64,000 nt of DNA from a bacterium BMS3Abin11 (GTDB lineage Bacteria > Pseudomonadota > Gammaproteobacteria > BMS3Bbin11), in assembly GCA_002897635.1 (NCBI GenBank), contig BDTD01000006.1, forward strand, positions 6,152 to 70,151, written 5' to 3'. A program made the position numbers and the translations under genes. Below the pieces are notes generated by a model. It was not told where the DNA came from. It searched no databases and saw only the letters and a program-made list of their open reading frames with translations. Below are positions 19,754 to 28,944 of this stretch, one piece after another (positions within the stretch are counted from its first letter, which is position 1; each line of letters starts with the position of its first letter).

Positions 19754-21112
19754 ATGCTTGAAACACTAACAGCTTTTACCGGCAAAATATCAGGATTCTT
19801 ATGGGGAAGCCCTATTACATTGCTTGTACTGTTGGGTACAGGGGTTTATCTGACCATCAGATTGCGCTTCGTTCAATTGACTGGGTTCAAACATTCTTTC
19901 CAGCTTATATCCGGCAAGTATGACAATCCTGATGACGAGGGTGAAGTTTCACATTTTCAGGCACTTGCTACTGCTCTTTCTGCAACCATTGGTACGGGTA
20001 ATATTGCCGGTGTTGCAACGGCCATTTCACTGGGTGGTCCCGGCGCCCTGTTCTGGATGTGGATCACGGCATTTATCGGCATGGCAACCAAATTTACAGA
20101 ATGCACATTGTCACTAAAATTCCGTGAAATAGATGAAAATGGGCATGTGGCTGGTGGCCCGATGTATACACTACTGAATGGATTAAAGATGAAAAAGACA
20201 GCAATGGCTTTTGCTTTTTTTGCGCTGATTGCTTCTTTTGGGATAGGTAACATGGTACAGGCCAACTCAGTTGTTGATGGGCTGGTTTACATTCTTCCGC
20301 AGGCTAAAGAATATGCCTGGGTGATTGGTCTGGTGATGGCCGTCCTGGTGGGGCTAGTAATCCTGGGTGGCGTCCGTCGTATCGCCAGAGTAGCAAGTGC
20401 AATCGTTCCATTTATGGCACTGATGTATATCATCGCCGCTTTGATAGTTCTGCTTAGCAATATCACCGAGATTCCTGCTGCATTCTCAACTATTATCAAG
20501 TATGCCCTGAATCCCTGGGCAGTTGGTGGCGCAGCAGTCGGGGAGGCGATACGTTGGGGCGTTGCGCGAGGCCTGTTTTCCAACGAAGCGGGTCTTGGTT
20601 CTGCCCCAATCGCACATGCCGCAGCAAAAACGAAGGAACCGGTAAGAGAGGGTCTGGTGGCGATGATGGGGCCGTTCATCGATACGCTTATAGTGTGTAG
20701 TATGACGGGGCTGGTTATTGTTGTTACCGGCAGTTACATAGATCGGCCTGCGGAACTGGTTGGTGCGGCCTTAACAGCTGCAGCTTTTGGCAGTGAGCTG
20801 GGTGGGGGCGGGGCGGTAGTAGTCGGCATTAGCTTAACCCTGTTTGCCTTTTCAACCATTATAGCCTGGTCATACTATGGCGACCGGTCTGCAAAATTTT
20901 TATTTGGTGAAAAAGCGGTGGTGCCGTACAGGATAATATATACCCTGGCAGTCATTATCGGTGCGGCAGTTCCGCTACAGCTGGTCTGGAATATTGCCGA
21001 TATCACCAATCTGCTAATGGCGCTGCCTAATCTACTCAGCCTCGTCCTTCTTGCCTGGCTTGTGCGTAAATTACAGAAGAAGTATTTCGTAGCGTATCGT
21101 TCCGAAAGCTGA
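19754..21112 (+). CDS. Alanine/glycine:cation symporter (AGCS) family transporter
   Basis: 452-aa polytopic protein. SHFQALATALSATIGTGNIAGVATAI and GLFSNEAGLGSAPIAHAAAKT are typical of the sodium:alanine symporter family. Confidence 0.85.
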   Translation: MLETLTAFTGKISGFLWGSPITLLVLLGTGVYLTIRLRFVQLTGFKHSFQLISGKYDNPDDEGEVSHFQALATALSATIGTGNIAGVATAISLGGPGALFWMWITAFIGMATKFTECTLSLKFREIDENGHVAGGPMYTLLNGLKMKKTAMAFAFFALIASFGIGNMVQANSVVDGLVYILPQAKEYAWVIGLVMAVLVGLVILGGVRRIARVASAIVPFMALMYIIAALIVLLSNITEIPAAFSTIIKYALNPWAVGGAAVGEAIRWGVARGLFSNEAGLGSAPIAHAAAKTKEPVREGLVAMMGPFIDTLIVCSMTGLVIVVTGSYIDRPAELVGAALTAAAFGSELGGGGAVVVGISLTLFAFSTIIAWSYYGDRSAKFLFGEKAVVPYRIIYTLAVIIGAAVPLQLVWNIADITNLLMALPNLLSLVLLAWLVRKLQKKYFVAYRSES

Positions 21113-21148
21113 TCTTAAGGGTGCCCTTATGTTTATAAATCTATATCG

Positions 21149-21994
21149 ATGATTAATTTTGAACTGCTTAATACTGCTGAGATAGAGGCAAGTGTACGTG
21201 TAGCACTTGATGAAGATATTGGCAGTGGTGATCTGACAGCTAATCTTGTTAATGATGAGCAGGTAAGCGCAAAACTGATTTGCCGAGATCAGGCCATATT
21301 GAGCGGGCGTCCCTGGTTTGAAGCATGTTTTAACAGGCTTGACGAGTCTATCTCTATTGACTGGTTGTTTGGTGAAGGGGCACAGATGCACAGCAATGAT
21401 GTCGTTTGCCGGATACGAGGATCAGCAAGGTCTATTCTGACGGCTGAGCGCACTGCGTTAAATTTTCTGCAGACACTATCCGGGGTGGCAACAACGACGA
21501 AAAAGTATGTTGATTCTGTCGCAGGAACTGGATGCAAAATTCTCGATACGCGGAAAACTGTGCCAGGTTTGCGCAAGGCGGAAAAATATGCGGTTAGTTG
21601 CGGTGGTGGCCACAATCACCGCATCGGTCTATATGATGCCGTAATAATAAAAGAGAATCATATTCATGCGGCTGGTTCTATTTACGAAGCATTAAAACTG
21701 GCAACTGAAGGCATCGATTCCAATGTAATGGTTGAAATTGAAGTAGAAAGCATGGAACAGCTGCATCTGGCAATAAAATATGGCGCCAGGAGAGTTTTAC
21801 TCGACAATTTCTCTCTTTCTGCACTCCCGGAGGCAGTAAAAATAGCCGGAGACAAGATAGAAACGGAGGTTTCCGGTAACATCACGTTGGAAAATGTAAA
21901 TAATATTGCCTGTTGTGGGGTTAATTTTGTATCGATCGGGGCGTTAACAAAAAATATTCAGGCCATCGATTTCTCGCTGCTGTTCATCAGTTAA
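21149..21994 (+). CDS. nadC: Nicotinate-nucleotide pyrophosphorylase (quinolinate phosphoribosyltransferase)
   Basis: Carries ILTAERTALNFLQTLSGVAT, ILDTRKTVPGLR, HRIGLYDAVIIKENH and LLDNF. Confidence 0.9.
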   Translation: MINFELLNTAEIEASVRVALDEDIGSGDLTANLVNDEQVSAKLICRDQAILSGRPWFEACFNRLDESISIDWLFGEGAQMHSNDVVCRIRGSARSILTAERTALNFLQTLSGVATTTKKYVDSVAGTGCKILDTRKTVPGLRKAEKYAVSCGGGHNHRIGLYDAVIIKENHIHAAGSIYEALKLATEGIDSNVMVEIEVESMEQLHLAIKYGARRVLLDNFSLSALPEAVKIAGDKIETEVSGNITLENVNNIACCGVNFVSIGALTKNIQAIDFSLLFIS

Positions 21995-22097
21995 AACAGA
22001 AGTTTATTTCTACTATCTAAACAAAAACCATAAATTTTAACAGGATTATTTCCAACAGGAATCACCCTGATCCAGGAAGAATTGCTTTCAAAGTTTC

Positions 22098-22126
22098 TTG
22101 ACTATATTAGTAAATGATAATATTAT
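22098..22126 (+). promoter_or_regulatory. Sigma-70-like promoter overlapped by a Fur-box-like sequence
   Basis: TTGACT, a 17-nt spacer, then TATTAT. The spacer and -10 region contain AAATGATAATATTAT, which resembles the Fur box core AATGATAATCATTAT. Confidence 0.45.
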
Positions 22127-22236
22127 GTTTCCACGATATAGCTTCGCTGTGAGGTTGCGGGTTAAGTCGGCATAATTCTTGTGCAGTCTTCACCCTTTAT
22201 ATCATATCAAATTAAACTATTTTAGGAGATTTACTG

Positions 22237-22872
22237 ATGAAACTTGTACAGATTGTATCAATAGCTGCTCTGATGGGCATGTCTGCCGCTTCTTCTGCTT
22301 TCTGGGGTAACGGATATGACAATGGTTATGGCAATGGCAACGGAAATGGCAGTGGTTATGGCAACGGTTATGGCAACGGCAGTGGTTATGGTAGTGGTTA
22401 TGGCGACACTCGTGGTTCTGGTCGTGGTTATGGTAACGGCAACATGGACAGTGACATGGACGGCAGCTTCAACATGAGCATCAGCGGCAAAGGCCGTGGA
22501 CAGGGGCGTGGACAGGGCCGTGGATATGGTTCTGGCTATGGTTCTGGTTATGGCGACGGTTATGGTCGTGGTTACAATAACTACCGTGGCAACTACACTG
22601 GTAACAACGCTTATGGTTCAAGCCCTTATGGTTATGGTCCTCAGATGATGCAGGCTCCTGCTGCAACTGGCGCGGCTGTACCTGCTGCTCCTGCAAGGCC
22701 TGATTTTGCTGCTATGGACAAAGCCCGTATGAACGAAATGAAGGCTCGTCATGATGCTTTCGTTAAGCGTCAGGATGTAATGCGCGCTCAAGAGCAGAAG
22801 GCTTATGATGCGTTCATGAAGAATGCTGCTGCTGCAAATGCTGCATCTGCAAAAGCACCAGCTGCCAAGTAA
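22237..22872 (+). CDS. Secreted Gly/Tyr-rich low-complexity protein with Ala/Lys-rich helical tail
   Basis: Signal peptide MKLVQIVSIAALMGMSAASSAFW, then GYGNG / GYGSG / GRGQ repeats, then MNEMKARHDAFVKRQDVMRAQEQKAYDAFMK. AGGAG lies 8 nt upstream and a strong terminator follows. Confidence 0.7.
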   Translation: MKLVQIVSIAALMGMSAASSAFWGNGYDNGYGNGNGNGSGYGNGYGNGSGYGSGYGDTRGSGRGYGNGNMDSDMDGSFNMSISGKGRGQGRGQGRGYGSGYGSGYGDGYGRGYNNYRGNYTGNNAYGSSPYGYGPQMMQAPAATGAAVPAAPARPDFAAMDKARMNEMKARHDAFVKRQDVMRAQEQKAYDAFMKNAAAANAASAKAPAAK

Positions 22873-22898
22873 GAACACTCAAGGTTCTTAACGCAGTA

Positions 22899-22933
22899 GG
22901 CCTGTGTGAGTACGCTCACACAGGCCTTTTTTT
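22899..22933 (+). terminator. Rho-independent terminator
   Basis: GGCCTGTGTGAG-TACG-CTCACACAGGCC followed by TTTTTTT. Confidence 0.85.
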
Positions 22934-22957
22934 ATAGACATTCACTGAGGGAATATC

Positions 22958-23841
22958 ATGAAAGGCATCGTAGCGCGAAGCACATTGACCCGTTATTTAT
23001 CCTTCAGCGAGAAGGATAGCAAACCGGATCGACTAACTATGACCGCAACCTTCATGATGTACGTGAACAGCTGAATATCGACCTGGCATCACGGAAACAG
23101 GAACTAAATGAAGCTTATCTTGGTCAAAAAGAAATACTAATCCGTTCGAAGGAATCCGCGCTTGAATCTCTACGTCAGGAATCAGGGGCAAATTCGGAGG
23201 CTTATCGTCATTTACATACCGAGCAGGACAAAAAAACTTTGCCAACGGCGTTGATGTGCTGTTCAGGCAATTACAGACAGGCGAACGCCTGATAATCCAT
23301 ACATTAACCGAAGATTTCTCTGGTTCGAAAAAGATTTTCGATGCCTGTAGGCCTGGTTGTATGGAGCAAGGGCTGGTAGCAGGACTGTTTAGCCAGTGCA
23401 GAGCATCGAGAGCGAAAGTCGATGAACGCAAATATATACGAGATGTGCTTAATAGTGTAAAGCCAATGATCTTAACGCAGGAAAAATACCCCAATTCTGA
23501 GATCATCGAAACCATCGCTTTTATGATGCAGGATTATGAACAGCACAAACCAGCCCGGTTAATTATTTTTTCCGATATGATTGAGCACTCCAGACTGGCA
23601 AAATTTGATCACCTGAAAGAAAAAAAATATACAACCACTACTGGATGAGCTAGACCGACTTGGCCTGATTAGACCAATGCAGGGCATTGAGGTAGAGGTG
23701 TTAGGTTTTGGTCGCAATCATTCAGCACAGCGACACGGTCTAAAAGCAAAACTGAAACGGAATATAGAGAAATTCTGGCAGGCGTATTTCAAGCGTGCTA
23801 AGGCGGAGAGATTTCATCTCGGCAGAAACCTGTATCTTTAA
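22958..23841 (+). pseudogene. Frameshifted VWA-like (DxSGS MIDAS) gene
   Basis: Coding signal continues across three frames. The switches fall at an A7 run (about 23230-23236) and an A8 run (23620-27). The joined reading gives ...EQDKKNFANGVDVLFRQLQTGERLIIHTLTEDFSGS...RLIIFSDMIEHS...KEKKNIQPLLDELDRLGLIRPMQGIEVEVLGFG.... The final TAA lies in the MITE flank. Confidence 0.5.
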
Positions 23842-23890
23842 GGGCACCTCTATTAATTCTGGATATATCAGATCGCGACTCAAAAACCTG
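23838..23890. mobile_element. Truncated MITE copy (left end only)
   Basis: TTAAGGGCACCTCTATTAATTCTGGATATATCAGATCGCGA matches the left end of the 39656 and 14348 copies, then similarity is lost. Confidence 0.5.
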
Positions 23891-23952
23891 TCGCAGCAAA
23901 ACAAGGGCCACACGGTTGCTCGGTGATGTATTTTAAGGGTGTTTAACAATCA

Positions 23953-24001
<49 letters not shown>

Positions 24002-24130
24002 GAGTGCCATCACAGCTTCTTCCTACTTCACTCCATATCATAGGGCACACTCAAGTAGTTATATTGTAAGGGGGAAGGATGATTTCCTCCGCTTTGTGCT
24101 ATCATTTCATTTCAGGCAATTTCAAACAAT

Positions 24131-24158
24131 ATTCCACCTATAATTCCACCAGGTGGAA
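24131..24158. promoter_or_regulatory. Candidate integrase arm-type sites (ATTCCACC x2 plus inverted copy)
   Basis: Reads attccacctataattccaccaggtggaa just upstream of the int ATG. The same motif occurs twice at the other island end (31628-31650). Confidence 0.45.
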
Positions 24159-24168
24159 GGGAGCGCCC

Positions 24169-25416
24169 ATGGCAGCACGCACACCTATTAAGACTGAACT
24201 ACAACTATCAAAGCTCAGGGCTGGCAACAAGCCCTATGACGTGCCAGTAAGTATTGCACCCGGCATGGTGGTGCGCGTTTCACCCGCTGGCCGAAAAACC
24301 TACCGCTGGGATCGAGGTTACGGCCACAAGCCTCGTATAGTGGGCTATGGCAATTTTCCAAGTACAAGCCTGAGCGATGCCGCTAAGGAGCATGAAAAGA
24401 CGCGACAGCGGCACACAGATGGGGTAGACCTACACATGGGGCTGGATTCACCTAAGACCGTTAAGGACTTGGCTGAGCTATTTTACCGTGACCGAATAGT
24501 CCCCCATCGCAAAAGACCGGATGATGTACGTGCGACACTGGATAACGACATTCTTCCAGCATTGGGCAGGATGCACCTTCGTTCAGTGACCACACTGGCT
24601 GTGAGAAGTATGGTGCATAAGGTCGTGGCGCGAGGGGCAACAGTACTCGCGGGAAAAGTTTTAGCCCATACCAAGCAGCTGTTCCGCTTCGGCATATCGG
24701 TGGGCGCGATGGACTATAATCCCGCGGAGAGTTTGGAGGCAATAAGCCTTGGCATTGAGGACAATCGTCGCGACCGAGTGCTGAACAGTAAGGAAATACA
24801 GCAATTTATTGTGGCGTTAGATAAGTATAAGCGGTTATCTATCCCTGTTAAAACTGCACTCAAGTTGCTGTTACTTACAGGTTTGAGAAGTGGCGAGTTA
24901 CGTCAAACTAAGTGGAGCGATGTAGATTTGAATAATGGCACTTTGCTAGTGCCTGTAGTTAATCAAAAATTAAGCCCGAGAAGTGCCAAGGCGGCCAAAC
25001 CATTTATTTGCACTCTCTCTGATCAAGCAATTGTTCTCATAAAAGAGCTGGTTCACCTTGATACTGTGTGGGTCTTCCCCGGCAATAATGAGAATGCACC
25101 GCTGACTGATAAAGTATTTGGCCGTGCAGTTAGACGACTCCTAACCTTGCAAGGAGAGGGCGGGGGTAAAGTGCTGCCTGTTGATGCTTTCAGCCCCCAT
25201 GACCTAAGGAGAACAATGCGGTCAGGGCTAAGTAAGCTACGAATACCGCCCCATGTTGCCGAGCGGTGCCTGAATCACAGCTTGGGGCGAATTGTGGAGA
25301 CATATGACCAGCATGATTATTTAGATGAACGGCGAGAGGCTGTACAGAAGTGGGCTGATCGAGTGGACGTGTATCTTTATCAGGGTGAAAAAGTTGCCGT
25401 GCTAAAAACTGCTTAA
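24169..25416 (+). CDS. int: P4-type tyrosine integrase
   Basis: Carries KPYDVPVSIAPGMVVRVSPAGRKTYRWDRGYG (DUF4102-like), GLRSGELRQTKWSDVDL, HDLRRTMRSGL and ETYDQHDY. The start is at MAARTP because the longer ORF would run into the att repeat. Confidence 0.9.
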   Translation: MAARTPIKTELQLSKLRAGNKPYDVPVSIAPGMVVRVSPAGRKTYRWDRGYGHKPRIVGYGNFPSTSLSDAAKEHEKTRQRHTDGVDLHMGLDSPKTVKDLAELFYRDRIVPHRKRPDDVRATLDNDILPALGRMHLRSVTTLAVRSMVHKVVARGATVLAGKVLAHTKQLFRFGISVGAMDYNPAESLEAISLGIEDNRRDRVLNSKEIQQFIVALDKYKRLSIPVKTALKLLLLTGLRSGELRQTKWSDVDLNNGTLLVPVVNQKLSPRSAKAAKPFICTLSDQAIVLIKELVHLDTVWVFPGNNENAPLTDKVFGRAVRRLLTLQGEGGGKVLPVDAFSPHDLRRTMRSGLSKLRIPPHVAERCLNHSLGRIVETYDQHDYLDERREAVQKWADRVDVYLYQGEKVAVLKTA

Positions 25417-25477
25417 ATCTGATAAGTCTTACTATTATGTACGCACAAGTAAGTTCATGATAAATATAATAAAAGTA

Positions 25478-25505
25478 TTGACATTTTGAAGTAATTTGAT
25501 ATGCT
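25478..25505 (+). promoter_or_regulatory. Possible sigma-70 promoter for the alpA-primase module
   Basis: TTGACA, a 16-nt spacer, then TATGCT. Confidence 0.3.
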
Positions 25506-25642
25506 TAGAACCTAGATGAAGTGGTCAACATATAAAGATCATTTCAAGCGGAAATTTATAATATACCCCATTCACTTTTCGGCCTAAACAGCCCAGAAGC
25601 AATTCACACCGCATCCAGTAAATCCAGTTTTGGAGAAATGCT

Positions 25643-25873
25643 ATGTGTATGAAAAGTGAAGCCCCCCATATAGAAGAACGATTCTATACCAAACGAGACA
25701 TGGCCCGTCGTTATGGCGTGTCTCCCCTAACGATTTGGCGCTGGGTGAAAGCGAAGAAGATTCCCCCGGGTGCCTACATCAACCAAAAGAGCGGCCGGGC
25801 ACCAGAGAAGGTACGTCAGGCAGACGAGATGCTGCTCTCAGCTCAGCACGAGACCACCGACGCAACAAAATAA
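25643..25873 (+). CDS. AlpA/excisionase-type helix-turn-helix protein
   Basis: FYTKRDMARRYGVSPLTIWRWVKAKKIPPG is typical of AlpA / HTH_17 regulators that lie next to P4-type integrases. Confidence 0.7.
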   Translation: MCMKSEAPHIEERFYTKRDMARRYGVSPLTIWRWVKAKKIPPGAYINQKSGRAPEKVRQADEMLLSAQHETTDATK

Positions 25874-25875
25874 AA

Positions 25876-25900
25876 CGCCCCAGTGATGGGGCGGGGTTTT
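25876..25900 (+). terminator. Hairpin with short T-run between alpA-like gene and primase (possible attenuator)
   Basis: CGCCCC-AGTGAT-GGGGCG, then GGGTTTT. Confidence 0.4.
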
Positions 25901-25978
25901 GTGTATTCATCGTAGGCTAAGCGATGGCTGTTATTATACCATGTCTCAGTTACTGTGGCTTCTGAATAAGGAAGCAAC

Positions 25979-28444
25979 ATGACAAACACAACAATCGAAC
26001 AGACTTCCAGTTTCATAGGCTGCTGCTGGGGGGTAGACTTCAATACCAAACTTGATGGCACTTATTGTATTACCTACCTCGAGCCATCAGTCGATGGCAA
26101 GGGTCGCCCCATGATGAAACATATCATGGTTAATACGGCGGCTGAGGCGGCTGAGAAAGCCCTCCTACTGAGCGCCGAGGGGAAGGATACTTACTTCGCC
26201 ATGGCCAAGTATGAACAAGGCTGGCACCCGGACGCGCGTACAGGTAAGAACTGTTTTCGCACGCAAGAGAATGTCGACTCTGCACACGGCCTTTGGGCTG
26301 ACATGGACTGCGGTGTCGAAAAAGCTGCAAAAGCGGAGGGCTACCCCACTAAGATCGATGCGCTGAAGGCGCTAGGCACGTTTCTTGAGGAGTACAGCAT
26401 TTTCCCGCCTACGTATATCGTTGACTCCGGCAACGGGCTGCACGTGCACTGGGTGCTTGACGAGGCAGTAGATAAAGACCGCTGGGATAAGTTGACTAAG
26501 CACCTCAAGGCTAAGGCGCGTGCATCTGGACTGCTTATAGACAACAGTCGTACCACAGACATAGCTTCAGTACTAAGGGTGCCCGGCACGAACAACTACA
26601 AGGACAAATTAAACCCTCTACCCGTACATATTATGCGCACCGGGGAGGTATCCATTCTAGAGGCGCTGGAGACTGCATTGAGTGCTGGAGAGGCACCTCA
26701 GCTCATTCCCAGACAGCGTAAAAAGAGAACCACACTTGATGCGATACTGAGAGCTAGTGGGCTGGAAGAAACTCCCGAGAATATAGCACTCGTAAGGGAA
26801 ATGCTGGCCGTGTTGTTAGCAGACTGTGATCACGACACATGGCTAAAAATCGTATTTGCCATTGCTTCTTTAGGCTGGGAGTGCAGCGAAGAGCTGGCCC
26901 GAGAATGGTCAAAGACTGCCCCCGATGCATACGAAAAGGAGGCGTTCGACAAACTTTGGGAATCCTACGAACCGGGTCGACCAGGCGGAATCACGGTAAG
27001 TACTCTGTTTCACTTAGCTACAGAAGGCGGATGGGTGAATCAACAAACTGAACTACGAATAGCCGACCCAACACAGTATATGACTGGATTCGGTGGTGAC
27101 ATTTCCAACGGTAAGTTGTTCGCGCATTACTACAGGGGCCGACTGGTATTCATACCAGAGTTGAATGAGTGGATTCAATTTGACGAATCTACTGGCTGGG
27201 TTTACCCGGCCCACGGTGAAGTTGAACGCGCTGCCAAAGAAACTGTACAGACGATGCGTAAACAAGCAGCAAAACTATACAAAGAAAACCATGAAAGCCC
27301 AGAGACAAAACGGCTGATGAAGCATGTCGAGGTTTCAAGCAAGATGCCTAAAATCCACGACATGATTAATGCTGCTAAGTCCGAACCGGGGATGGCATTA
27401 AGTCTCAATGAATTTGATGCTGACCTGTGGCTACTAGGTGTTGCAAATGGTGTTATAGATTTACGAACCAACAAGCTGTTACCTGTCACGCCTGATAGCC
27501 GTGTTACTAAACGTTGCAATGTCGAATATGACCGAAAAGCAGTATGTCAAAGGTTCCTCAAGTTTTTGTCTGAGATTATGCCAGACTCAGCGATGCGCGA
27601 TTTTATCCAGCGTTGGGCGGGGTACTGCCTTACCGGGGAGGTGGGCGAGAAAAAATTTCTATTCATGTTCGGCTCTGGTGACAATGGCAAGACCGTGCTG
27701 ATCGAACTGCTGGCATGGATAATGGGGGACTACAGCAAAAAGATCGCCACAGAGGTGCTCATGCATCACCAGCGTAGCCCTCAGGGACCCAGCCCCGATA
27801 TCGTCGCACTGAAAGGGATACGCTTGGCTTACGCTAATGAAACGGAAGAAGGGCGAAGGTTAGCAGAAGCTCGTGTTAAGGACATGACGGGGGGTGATAC
27901 TCTGACAGGGAGAGTGCCATACGCGAAAAAGGATATCACTTTTCAACCCACACATAAGCTGCATATTGTTGGTAACCACAAACCTGAAATTACCGACACA
28001 TCGGGTGGTATGTGGGGGCGAGTTGGCTTGACACCATTTGACGTTGTTATCCCGCAAGAGAAGCGTGATCGAGAACTACTGAAGAAACTCAGGGCTGAGG
28101 GTCCGGGCATACTGAACTGGATGCTGCAAGGCTTACGCCTGTGGCGGATGAACAGTTTAAAGATTCCTAAACAGATGCAGGCAGCCGCCGCTGTATACCG
28201 CGATGAGCAGGACATTATCGGTGAATGGATCGCTGAAGACTGTAATATAGGGTCAGGGCTTACTGCCATGAAAAAACGCCTCTACGCAACCTACACACAT
28301 TGGGCGCATAGAAATGGGCACCGTCCCCTAGCTCAAGTGAGGCTGACTAGGCGACTAAAGGAGCGGGGGTACTCGCTGCTGCCAGATAAACGGACAGTAA
28401 GTGGACTTGAACTAAAACCACATACATGGCCGAGCACATTATGA
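25979..28444 (+). CDS. Primase-polymerase / SF3 helicase replication protein (P4 alpha-like)
   Basis: AEP motifs ADMDCG, DSGNGLHVHWV and LRVPGTNNYK. A PriCT-like segment DHDTWLKIVFAIASLG. D5/P4-type helicase with Walker A FGSGDNGKTV and Walker B-like LAYANETEEG. Confidence 0.88.
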   Translation: MTNTTIEQTSSFIGCCWGVDFNTKLDGTYCITYLEPSVDGKGRPMMKHIMVNTAAEAAEKALLLSAEGKDTYFAMAKYEQGWHPDARTGKNCFRTQENVDSAHGLWADMDCGVEKAAKAEGYPTKIDALKALGTFLEEYSIFPPTYIVDSGNGLHVHWVLDEAVDKDRWDKLTKHLKAKARASGLLIDNSRTTDIASVLRVPGTNNYKDKLNPLPVHIMRTGEVSILEALETALSAGEAPQLIPRQRKKRTTLDAILRASGLEETPENIALVREMLAVLLADCDHDTWLKIVFAIASLGWECSEELAREWSKTAPDAYEKEAFDKLWESYEPGRPGGITVSTLFHLATEGGWVNQQTELRIADPTQYMTGFGGDISNGKLFAHYYRGRLVFIPELNEWIQFDESTGWVYPAHGEVERAAKETVQTMRKQAAKLYKENHESPETKRLMKHVEVSSKMPKIHDMINAAKSEPGMALSLNEFDADLWLLGVANGVIDLRTNKLLPVTPDSRVTKRCNVEYDRKAVCQRFLKFLSEIMPDSAMRDFIQRWAGYCLTGEVGEKKFLFMFGSGDNGKTVLIELLAWIMGDYSKKIATEVLMHHQRSPQGPSPDIVALKGIRLAYANETEEGRRLAEARVKDMTGGDTLTGRVPYAKKDITFQPTHKLHIVGNHKPEITDTSGGMWGRVGLTPFDVVIPQEKRDRELLKKLRAEGPGILNWMLQGLRLWRMNSLKIPKQMQAAAAVYRDEQDIIGEWIAEDCNIGSGLTAMKKRLYATYTHWAHRNGHRPLAQVRLTRRLKERGYSLLPDKRTVSGLELKPHTWPSTL

Positions 28445-28459
28445 CCGAGCACTGGGGTG

Positions 28460-28568
28460 AGGGTGCGCACTTTGCGCACTTTTCGACTAATTACAGAAAC
28501 TCTCCTATCTGAGGCTGTTAGTAGAAAGTTTTTGTATATGGCTTCAAAGTGCGCAAAGTGCGCACCCT
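28460..28568. other. Candidate replication origin: iteron-bearing 23-bp perfect inverted repeats flanking an AT-rich spacer
   Basis: AGGGTGCGCACTTTGCGCACTTT (28460-28482) and AAAGTGCGCAAAGTGCGCACCCT (28546-28568). Each arm holds two TGCGCACTT units. The spacer is about 63 nt and AT-rich. The region starts 16 nt after the primase-helicase stop. Confidence 0.5.
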
Positions 28569-28644
28569 GGATCGTTCATGCCACCAGCCACCACAATACT
28601 TACTGAAAAAGTGCATAACAATATTCGGATCGGAGGTTATAAAC

Positions 28645-28944
28645 ATGACTTATCTCACCCAGCTGCAAAAAGCAGCACAGCAGCCTTCAGAATCTGGTGC
28701 AGGCTACACGCCTCTTACTGATCAGATACAAGCCTTAATAGCTCCGCTAAGTCCCATACAGCTGCACAGGCCATGGAGCATCGATGAACTGCTGCCCAGA
28801 CTCCAGGGCCGCTATCAGACGCGCCCTGCGACACGAGAGGTGGCAAAGGCACTAATTCAACTCGGCTGGCAACAAAAAAGATGCTGGAAGAAATCGGGAC
28901 TAAATAAAAGATTTTGGTATTCACCGGTCGGAGAAGACTCGTGA
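28645..28944 (+). CDS. Hypothetical small protein
   Basis: 99-aa ORF with GGAGG 8 nt upstream of the ATG at 28645. No recognisable motif. Confidence 0.5.
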   Translation: MTYLTQLQKAAQQPSESGAGYTPLTDQIQALIAPLSPIQLHRPWSIDELLPRLQGRYQTRPATREVAKALIQLGWQQKRCWKKSGLNKRFWYSPVGEDS

